Below are positions 57,377 to 64,000 of a stretch of 64,000 nucleotides of DNA, piece after piece. The first letter of the stretch is position 1; each line of letters begins with the position of its first letter. Source of the DNA: Clostridia bacterium (GTDB taxonomy: Bacteria > Bacillota > Sulfobacillia > JAJZYS01 > JAJYTV01); assembly GCA_027420455.1 (NCBI GenBank), contig DAIBJA010000078.1, positions 5,669 through 69,668 on the forward strand, written 5' to 3'. Both the position numbers and the translations under genes were made by a program. The notes under the pieces are model-generated. The model saw only the letters and a list, made by a program, of their open reading frames with translations. It was not told the DNA's origin and searched no databases.

Positions 57377-57722
57377 AATCCGGCCTCCCTGCCTGGAATC
57401 CAACAAGCCTCCACCATTCTAGGTCGCGCCCGTCTTCCCTTCCACGTTATGGATCTCCCACTTGCAGGCTTGGTCGAGTTCGCCAAGCGGCAATGCGGTC
57501 CCTCGCATGGTTGGGCGCCTCCATGCAGGCTTTCAAGTCCGCCCGGTGAAGCACGTGCTGGCATCCGCGAGGTGGATTTCTACCCCACGGGTCCGACGCA
57601 GGTGAGCGTGGAAGCGGTCGGCGAGATGGTGCGGCTCGGGATGAGCGACGGGTGTTCCACTACAGGGGCAACGGCGGCTACTTCCCTGGATCGACGATCA
57701 AACTACGCCGGGAGAACTAAGG

Positions 57723-57744
57723 GCGGGCCCTCGCGAGGGCCCGC
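57723..57744. terminator. perfect 22-nt GC palindrome
   Basis: GCGGGCCCTCGCGAGGGCCCGC, downstream of the minus-strand fragment at 57870-58520. Confidence 0.4.
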
Positions 57745-57869
57745 TCCCTCCCTTTACTGCATGCGCTGAACGAGCAGCACCCCCCTTCCGGCAGTGCGAG
57801 GTGAGCGCCAACGCGGCTGAACATGCATGGTTCGCCGCCGGGCCACCGAAGTAGCCGCCATCCCAGGCT

Positions 57870-58520
57870 TCATCCGCGGAGCTGATCTGCTTCGTGCCCC
57901 GCAGAGCATCGCACACACGCTCCTCGGCCCCGTTGCGCATTCCGCAGATTGCCAGCTGTCCTCCCCCCTGCGGGCCGGCCCGACAGGTGTCCGAGCAGCG
58001 AGTAGCGGTCCGGCAAATGGACAGCACGCGTAGGATCGAGGACGCGCTCACAATGTTCTGCCGTGACGGTGACGAGCGTATGCCCGTCGCGCGACAAGGC
58101 GCGCAGGGCGCTCTCCAAGGCTGCGTGAACCAGCCCCGCCGCCATTTGCGCCTTTCGGCTTCGCGGGCCGCCAAGATGGCACATGCTGTCGTAGTCCGCC
58201 CAATGGGCCACGAGCAGGGCTGACCGCCGACCTGTCGAAGCCCTCGCCAGAACTTCGGCCAGCTCCATCAAATCGTCGTAGGCGGCCGCGCTTGCGCCAC
58301 GGGCGTGGTAGCGGCTGAGCGCGCTGCCCGCCAGTGCTCGCCGAGTGACGCTGACCTGTCTCCCCAGGCACGGTTCGCCAGTGCGCAGAAATGCAGGGGC
58401 ATCCCAGACCCCGGCGAACCCTGCGGGCAGAGGGCTCTGGAGGAGGGGTGCAGCCTTGGCCTTGACGCTTGAACAGATCCAGGAGAACGACCGGCGGTTT
58501 CTGACCGACTTCCACTCCAC
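57870..58520 (-). pseudogene. alkaline-phosphatase-superfamily (nucleotide pyrophosphatase / PglZ-like) fragment
   Basis: LLVAHWADYDSMCHLGGPRS...HTLVTVTAEHCE resembles the y..D..gH..Gp / ADHG motifs of the AP superfamily. Only ~200 aa are present. Its 5' end collides with a divergent ORF. Confidence 0.35.
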
Positions 58521-59265
58521 AGGCGTCTGGACTCACGAGTACGCAGCCATTGCACTGCACCATGAAGCACTGCGGCTGCCGGACGACACCTTGCTCGATC
58601 CTAGCGACAAACCGCGTGTCCAAATGGTGATCGTGGCCAAAATCTTCGCGGAGGCCGTGGCCTCGATGGAGACCCTTGGCAAGCTGCTGCAAGCCATTCG
58701 GGCGCGTCACCCCGACGGGATCGCCTACAGATATGTCAACGGCACGGAGCACGATTCCGAACGTGGCTTGAGACTGTTCCGCCGTCCGCCCACGGATCTT
58801 CTGCAAGTGCTGCGGCTCCCCGCGCTGCCGGAGGTCGAGGCTGTCCTGCCGGAGCCCGGCGGCGTTCAACAGACGATTGAAGCCATGTCCGAGCACATCC
58901 AGGAGGTCTATGCCGCCTATCTTGAACCCCGGCCCGACGGGTCAGAAGCAAAGTCGATCGTGCGCGCATACAGGCACATAAAGCACGGCAGTTGCCTCGT
59001 CACAGACCCAAGGACGGTCGCCATCTGGTCTGCCCAGCCGTCGCCGGAGGACGTACACATCTTAACGAGGTGGCCGAATGCTCAAGAGAGCAACGAGCAC
59101 CTGGAGCTGAAATCAGTCAGCATGCGGGAACCTGACGTGTTGCAGAACATAGGCATCTGCAAGCTGGCTTCCGTAGTCGGCAGCAATCTGTGCCAGCTCG
59201 CGGTAAAGCTAATTGATGCAGGCCTGCTTTCCTACGCTCCTGAGGGCCCCAACGCAGGACCCTGA
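58456..59265 (+). CDS. hypothetical protein
   Basis: GGAGGAGGGG lies 7 nt before TTG 58456. The 269-aa composition is protein-like. No family recognised. Confidence 0.4.
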   Translation: MALTLEQIQENDRRFLTDFHSTGVWTHEYAAIALHHEALRLPDDTLLDPSDKPRVQMVIVAKIFAEAVASMETLGKLLQAIRARHPDGIAYRYVNGTEHDSERGLRLFRRPPTDLLQVLRLPALPEVEAVLPEPGGVQQTIEAMSEHIQEVYAAYLEPRPDGSEAKSIVRAYRHIKHGSCLVTDPRTVAIWSAQPSPEDVHILTRWPNAQESNEHLELKSVSMREPDVLQNIGICKLASVVGSNLCQLAVKLIDAGLLSYAPEGPNAGP

Positions 59266-59393
59266 CCTGGCTGAGGGTCCACGCCCCGGGGCAGTTCAGA
59301 CGCTGCCGTAGACGCACCGGATCGCAGACCTGTAGGCCGCGTTGCGTGACGTGCGGCGGCCTCACACTCTGAAGGACTGGCGCGCGCGTCGCC

Positions 59394-59850
59394 ATGGAGG
59401 TCTTGCTTGAAACAGACGTGCACGCCGTCGAGCGCGTTCAGATCCTTTTCCGGGACGTGGACCACCACGACCTGGCGATCGCCGTCACGCTGCAGAAGAC
59501 GGGCAACGTTCGCACCGCGGCCATCACGCCTACCGTCAAGCTCAAGCGTCAGACACTTCGAAGGACTGCAGCGACAATCACGGCAGCTCGCACGCCACAA
59601 GCTCTCGGTTCCGTCGCTGAGCTGCGGCGCTCCCGTGACGCCTTCAGGCCTGTTCCACCCCATCGTCAGGACGTTCCGCGCCGGCAGCGACAGGAGGTGT
59701 CGGCTCGCACCGGTTCCGCCACGAAATGATCCGGAGGCTGCTCACCGACGGGGCGGATCTTGGGACCGTCGCAGAGATCGCCAGCCACTCGTCGGTCACC
59801 ATGACCGAGCGGTACGGCCGGCTTCGGGACAGAGAGCGCCACGCCACCCA
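59394..59850 (+). pseudogene. tyrosine recombinase/integrase remnant (frameshifted, N-terminally truncated)
   Basis: Frame 0 reads LFRDVDHHDLAIAVTLQKTGNVRTAAITPTV (the L.w.DvD...i.v...Kt.k.R.vpl pattern). A second frame reads GSHRFRHEMIRRLLTDGADLGTVAEIASHSSVTMTERYGRL (box II H..RH...GH....T..Y). The box I Arg position appears substituted (TDVH). Confidence 0.65.
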
Positions 59851-60083
59851 TCGCGCTCACATTCCGCTCCCCCAAATCCAACGAAGAAGGCACCGCCTGT
59901 CCGTTGGCCTAAGGGCAAGGGACCCCGGGTGAGTCTCCGGGGCCTCTTCACGCACCTGCGACAGGAGTCCCATGTCGCAATAACGCGAGGTTTAGAGGAC
60001 GTTGCCGGCACTTTCTCCATTGGCAGCGCTCGGAGGATCTAGCCGACACCCGGCGAACACCTCCGCTGCTCTAACAGCTTCGG

Positions 60084-60569
60084 ATGATGGGGCACTCTGA
60101 TCCAGAAGTCGGAGGTCGTAACGTGCAGGACGCGCCGCCGCCTTCAGGCGATTCACTCGAACAGCGAGAGGCCGAGGAGTACATGCGGGACCAGCTATCC
60201 CTCCGCCTCGGCCGGCCCTTGCACAAGGCCCGGTTCCGCTTCGACAACGGCGCCTCGGTCGAAGTTGACGGCGTGCTGGACGACCCCTTCACGCTGGTTG
60301 AAATCTGGGCCCACGTCGGTCCGCCCAAGTCGGCCCAGCGTCAGAAGGTGAGCCACGACATCCTGAAGCTCATGCTGGTCGAGCGTCGGGCCGGTCGGCC
60401 GGCCAAGAAGCTTATCGTTATGGCGGATCCGGTCACCGAGGCGCACTTTCGCGGCCGCCGCTGGATCGCCGAAGCAATGCGAGAGTTCGGCATAACACTA
60501 TTGGTTGTGGAAGTGCCAACTGACATGCGCGCACGCCTGCTCGCGGCACAGCGCCGGCAGTACAGGTGA
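60084..60569 (+). CDS. hypothetical protein (possible PD-(D/E)xK-like core: VEVDGV...LVEIWAH)
   Basis: 161-aa ORF with an uncertain start (ATG 60084 or ATG 60183). The nuclease-fold idea rests only on the motif spacing. Confidence 0.35.
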   Translation: MMGHSDPEVGGRNVQDAPPPSGDSLEQREAEEYMRDQLSLRLGRPLHKARFRFDNGASVEVDGVLDDPFTLVEIWAHVGPPKSAQRQKVSHDILKLMLVERRAGRPAKKLIVMADPVTEAHFRGRRWIAEAMREFGITLLVVEVPTDMRARLLAAQRRQYR

Positions 60570-61109
60570 CTGCCTTGCACGCCACTCCCGGGACGACAGC
60601 CGCTCCTTGCTCCTCGGGCCGTAAGCAGGCAGCCCCAGGCGCCTGATCGTCTCAAGCCATGTGGCCCCGAATAGCCGCATGTGTTCGCTCGGCGCGAGAA
60701 CGCGCAATACATCCAGGATGCTGACCGTGCGATACGGTCGTGCCGTGGCGTCCCGTAAGGGCGCAACCATCGGGATCTGCGCCTCCTCAAAGCGGAAACT
60801 GCATAGAGGCACCTCCCGGCAGGCCAGCCACCCCGGGGCGCTCCGCGTGCCAAAGACCCGCGGCACCTCGTACTTCCACCAGAAGGCCCCCGCGGCGTGC
60901 TCCAGGTAGACCTCCTGACAGGCCTCCGGGGACAGGCCCGACGCGTCGATCATGCCGACGCCAGGCACACCTCTGCGTTCGGCGTTGATGCGCACCTGAC
61001 GCGACTTTGGTGGACCCATGCGCACGACCTCCACCGGCTGCACGGGATCGCCGAGGGCTCGTGCACTCTGGCGGTAGGCAAACCTCTGGCCAGGAATGTA
61101 CGTGGGCAT
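60498..61109 (-). CDS. hypothetical protein
   Basis: ORF 60498..61157, start taken at ATG 61109. Its 3' end overlaps the convergent ORF by 72 nt. No family recognised. Confidence 0.3.
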   Translation of the reverse strand: MPTYIPGQRFAYRQSARALGDPVQPVEVVRMGPPKSRQVRINAERRGVPGVGMIDASGLSPEACQEVYLEHAAGAFWWKYEVPRVFGTRSAPGWLACREVPLCSFRFEEAQIPMVAPLRDATARPYRTVSILDVLRVLAPSEHMRLFGATWLETIRRLGLPAYGPRSKERLSSREWRARQSPVLPALCREQACAHVSWHFHNQ

Positions 61110-61151
61110 CACACCACTCTTCTCGCGGGCGGCTAGGCAAGACCAGCCAAC

Positions 61152-61502
61152 TGTCAAATATTCGTGTCATACATTTGTCATACAACACCTGCGACAGCTG
61201 CGCCAGAAGCGGCTTTCGGGAACAGCCTATACCTACCATGCGCCATCGCAGAGCCCATTTCGCCCTTTGTGAGACCAGATCGGCCGAATGGTAACAATTA
61301 GTGTCATACGTTGTTTATACAATTCCCCTGAAAGCCGCGCTAGGAGCGGCTTTCAGGTACGTCCTTTTCCTTCCATTCGACACAGTGGAGCGCGTTTTGG
61401 GCCGTTTTCGGACCTGTACACCGAGGGCCGCGTCAAATCTGTCATATGTTTGTCATACAAAACAGCCGCAAGCCATGCCAGGAGCAGCTTTCGGGCGCGC
61501 CC
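61152..61502 (+). repeat. Tn7-like transposon end: terminal TGT plus three direct ~65-75-nt repeat units (period 137/138 nt) each containing a GTGTCATAC(A/G)TTTGTCATACAA-type putative TnsB-binding site
   Basis: Units begin at 61164, 61301 and 61439, each preceded by GTCAAAT/GTAACAAT. All are in the same orientation, are AT-rich within GC-rich DNA, and lie upstream of tnsA. Confidence 0.6.
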
Positions 61503-61931
61503 ACTTTCTTCTGTTCTGCGGGCCGGTTCCTGGTCCGTGCATGCAGCTTGCACCGCGAGCGCCGATCTCATGGCTTCATTACGACCAAAGCAGGTGCATC
61601 AACGTGCTCACTACCTTGCCTGTCACTCATCTCATACCATGCGGCCTTGCGCTATATCCTGCGCAGTGCCAGTTTACAGAATGCATATCGGTGGTTGACG
61701 GTTCGGCGTGAGCGGCCTACCACCAGCCATGTATGCATCTATTCCGTCCTGGGCACAATGATTTCACGTGAAGGGGATCCAGATTTGCCACACCGGCCCT
61801 GGCGTCGCGCTTGGCCAAGGAGGTCTTGCCGGTATCGGGCAGAGACAACGTTTCCTCAATGCCCCGCAAACAGATCTCGATATTCGCCTACCATCGCCGC
61901 AAGTTGGGCAACAAGTGAGGCTGACTCCGTA

Positions 61932-62225
61932 ATGCAAGACCCCTTGGCTGAGATCTCCAGGTTTCTAGCCGGGAGGCACCAGCCGATGCCCGCAGGTGCG
62001 GATGAGGTGCTGGAGCGACGTCCGGAGTTGATCGAACAGCTGTTGCGTGACCTTCGGCGGCTGCAGTGCGACGAAGGCATGGTCTTCCTCTACCGGGTGA
62101 CATGCATGGTGTGGGCAGGCTCGGTCGCGGATCTCGATGATGTCATCCGACAACCCCTCGCGGGTCCAGATATTCGGGTGGCAGCAGAGTGGACCGGGCG
62201 GTGGAAGGTCGACTCCATCCCCTAG
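61932..62225 (+). CDS. hypothetical small protein between transposon end and tnsA
   Basis: 97 aa with GC-rich third codon positions. No family recognised. Confidence 0.35.
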   Translation: MQDPLAEISRFLAGRHQPMPAGADEVLERRPELIEQLLRDLRRLQCDEGMVFLYRVTCMVWAGSVADLDDVIRQPLAGPDIRVAAEWTGRWKVDSIP

Positions 62226-62332
62226 TGGCACGTGTGCAGGCGAAGTTTGAAAACTCGCGCAGGTTGTTTAGGAGAAGGGAATGGTTTTGGCCAATCTGGA
62301 CTGCGAGGCAACGTCACAGCAGGGAGGGGTGC

Positions 62333-62527
62333 ATGGTGGCTGAGGTGGCTGGACAGTCTGGCCCGATCTGGACGCTGGCGGAGGAAGGGCCGCAGATAGT
62401 ACTGGTTCTCAGCGTAGAAGAGCGGAGCGCGCTGTCTTCAGCCCTTGAGCGGCCACCTTTCCACTCCGTTCGAGACCAGGTCATCCCCCTGGTGCCCATG
62501 CCGTCGAACAGCGAGGAAGACATCTGA
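62333..62527 (+). CDS. hypothetical small protein
   Basis: 64 aa. GGGAGGGG lies just upstream of ATG 62333. Confidence 0.3.
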   Translation: MVAEVAGQSGPIWTLAEEGPQIVLVLSVEERSALSSALERPPFHSVRDQVIPLVPMPSNSEEDI

Positions 62528-62603
62528 AACCTCTCGTTGGAGTTTGACGGCTGGCGCAGAGGCCAAGCGACCGAGGGCTCGTAGGAAGTCAGGAGGGATT
62601 GGT

Positions 62604-63407
62604 GTGACCCGGAAGAGGAAGCCGCCTGGAACCATCCTTGACCACGGCGACCGGTATCAGCCCGCCATCCAAGCCCATGACATTCGCAGTCCACACTCCA
62701 AGCGCACCCGAATCTGGGGCGTCAAGACGCATCGTTTCCACCACCTGCTCTCCCAGCTCGAATGCAGCGTTTACTTCCAGGCGGAGCGCGACGGGAGGGT
62801 GAAGGACATCCAGGAGCAGTGCGAACTGAACCGTGACGAGACCGTGATGATCGCTGCTCGGCTGGGCTACCGACACCCTGCCGGCCAGCACGCCATGACC
62901 TCCGATTTCATCATCACCGTAGTTGCTCATGACGGGTCTACCCGTCAAATCGCTATACACGTAAAGCACGCTTCAAAGTTGTCCCGCAACATGGAATGGA
63001 TCAACGTGGAGGCCTATTATTGGAGTGCGATGGGCATCCCTCTTTATGTGATTACGGAGCTGGATATCGAGGCTGAAGTCATCCATAACGGTCAATGGCT
63101 GTACTTCGTGAATACGGCGGAGTTCGACCGCCTCAGTGCGTTGCCCAACTTCGGGGAGATAGTCTCCTCGCTGACCGCCTACGTGACCTCAGGGCGCAAG
63201 CTGTCGATGGCCTGCGAACAGGCTGAACGCGACTACGGACTGCCTCCCAACTCTGGCTTGCTGATGGCGAAAGTGCTCATTCGCGAACGGGGATGGGTCA
63301 CCGATCTCTCAGTCCGAATTCGACTCGGTAGGCCGTTAGTCTTGCTGGAAGACAGAACTCAGGAGTGGCTCAAGGAGGTAACGAACCGTGAAACTGCGAC
63401 TGCTTGA
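62604..63407 (+). CDS. tnsA: Tn7-like transposition protein TnsA (restriction-endonuclease-like)
   Basis: AGGAGGG precedes GTG 62604. Motifs LLSQLECSVYFQAE (S.LE), TSDFIIT (tPDFlv) and IHVKHASKL ((E/Q)VK) are in the TnsA order. Confidence 0.75.
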   Translation: MTRKRKPPGTILDHGDRYQPAIQAHDIRSPHSKRTRIWGVKTHRFHHLLSQLECSVYFQAERDGRVKDIQEQCELNRDETVMIAARLGYRHPAGQHAMTSDFIITVVAHDGSTRQIAIHVKHASKLSRNMEWINVEAYYWSAMGIPLYVITELDIEAEVIHNGQWLYFVNTAEFDRLSALPNFGEIVSSLTAYVTSGRKLSMACEQAERDYGLPPNSGLLMAKVLIRERGWVTDLSVRIRLGRPLVLLEDRTQEWLKEVTNRETATA

Positions 63408-64000
63408 GGATCAGGTTCTGGCATGGCATTCCGAGGCAGGGAACCGGTTGACCAGGGTCGTTTCCGTCGACGTAGCCAACGGCATCGTGCACCTCTACGA
63501 CATGGAAGAAGGCAAGAAGAGCTTCCCTTGGCCGGCGAGAATCGATGACCTGCAGGCCGCACACGACGCGCTCAGCCTTACAGTCATTGCCGACCCGTAT
63601 GGCCCCCTCCGTCAGCAGGCCCGTGATGCTGCAACTCCCGCACAGCAGGAGCGTCGGGCCCTGAGATGGTCCCAGATTGGCCCGATCGTGCGCGACCCCG
63701 GGATGCTGGACAGCCGGTCCCGTGGCGAAGCGGTTGCCGAAGCGCTGTCTGAAGGCGCCAAGCTTCTGAAGGACCCCCACGCGGTGTATGAGGCCTGCCG
63801 ACGCTGCTGGTGCCGCGGCATGGTACCGGACAGCCTACTGCCCAATTTCCACAGCTGTGGGTCTCCGGGTAAAGAACGGTCATCAGAGTCATCAGAGTCA
63901 TCAGAGGACGTTGGCGCAAAGCGCGGCGTAAAGCGGAAGAAGGAAGGGAAGGAGCTCGGAATCCCGATCGGGCCGGCCGAGCTGCTTTCCATCCGCACCG
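63388..64000 (+). CDS. tnsB: TnsB/TniA-like transposase, N-terminal part (continues beyond window)
   Basis: AAGGAGG lies 9 nt before GTG 63388, and the gene overlaps the tnsA end by 20 nt. My own translation is open to the window edge. The N-terminal region is HTH-like. The catalytic DDE core is not in the window, so the call rests on synteny. Confidence 0.55.
   Translation, partial: MKLRLLEDQVLAWHSEAGNRLTRVVSVDVANGIVHLYDMEEGKKSFPWPARIDDLQAAHDALSLTVIADPYGPLRQQARDAATPAQQERRALRWSQIGPIVRDPGMLDSRSRGEAVAEALSEGAKLLKDPHAVYEACRRCWCRGMVPDSLLPNFHSCGSPGKERSSESSESSEDVGAKRGVKRKKEGKELGIPIGPAELLSIRT

Larger units (their letters stand above)
61152..64000 (+). mobile_element. Tn7-like transposon, one end and first genes; remainder outside window
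   Basis: End repeats plus tnsA-tnsB, oriented inward from the end. Confidence 0.6.

Noticed and set aside
61050-61151. Expected inverted copy of the 51382 terminus (…CAAATCCCCTCTCACA) abutting the Tn7-like end, which would prove simple tandem stacking at attTn7.
   Set aside because: It is not present in the 100 nt left of 61152. The only partial inverted match is at 57074-57087, so the stacking model remains unproven.

Overview
High-GC (roughly 65-70 %) chromosomal segment. Its gene content fits a spore-forming, S-layer-bearing, high-GC Firmicute-like organism: spmA/spmB, ytaF-like gene, SLH protein, CIRCE-controlled groESL, glmS ribozyme. That taxonomic placement is inference. Positions 1-51.3 kb are mostly core genome. 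They hold cell-envelope genes, panD, an OSBS/NAAAR-family gene and an orphan peptide-binding protein. They also hold a six-gene TCA block (citrate synthase, icd, mdh, malic enzyme, sucCD). A long minus-strand block follows, running Rieske - cytochrome b/c fusion - CsoR-like regulator - variant System I cytochrome c maturation genes (CcmE with CxxxY instead of HxxxY). After it come mrp, a tRNA-Sec gene, tatC, moeA, groESL, tatA and glmS. Small accessory insertions interrupt this core: a type-IV coupling protein plus replication-relaxation pair (4.7-6.9 kb), an IS256 transposase remnant (19.5 kb) and a lower-GC islet of secreted or lipoproteins (23.8-26.2 kb). From 51.4 kb to the window end lies an accessory island directly downstream of glmS. 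(i) 24 nt after the glmS stop there is a TGT-initiated block of three 20-bp periodic repeats, which is the classical attTn7 geometry. (ii) About 1 kb of apparently non-coding, hairpin- and repeat-rich DNA follows. (iii) Next is a tightly coupled five-gene operon: HARE-HTH protein, unknown protein, MORC-like GHKL ATPase, Dcm methyltransferase and Vsr. It has no recognisable nuclease and is my best candidate for an undescribed defence or epigenetic system. (iv) A decayed zone contains an AbrB-like gene, an alkaline-phosphatase/PglZ-like fragment and a frameshifted tyrosine integrase. (v) At 61.15 kb a second, unrelated transposon end (three direct TGTCATAC-type repeat units) precedes two small ORFs, tnsA and the start of tnsB. 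This is a Tn7-like element that runs off the window. All functional calls rest on motif recognition in the supplied translations; no database search was possible.
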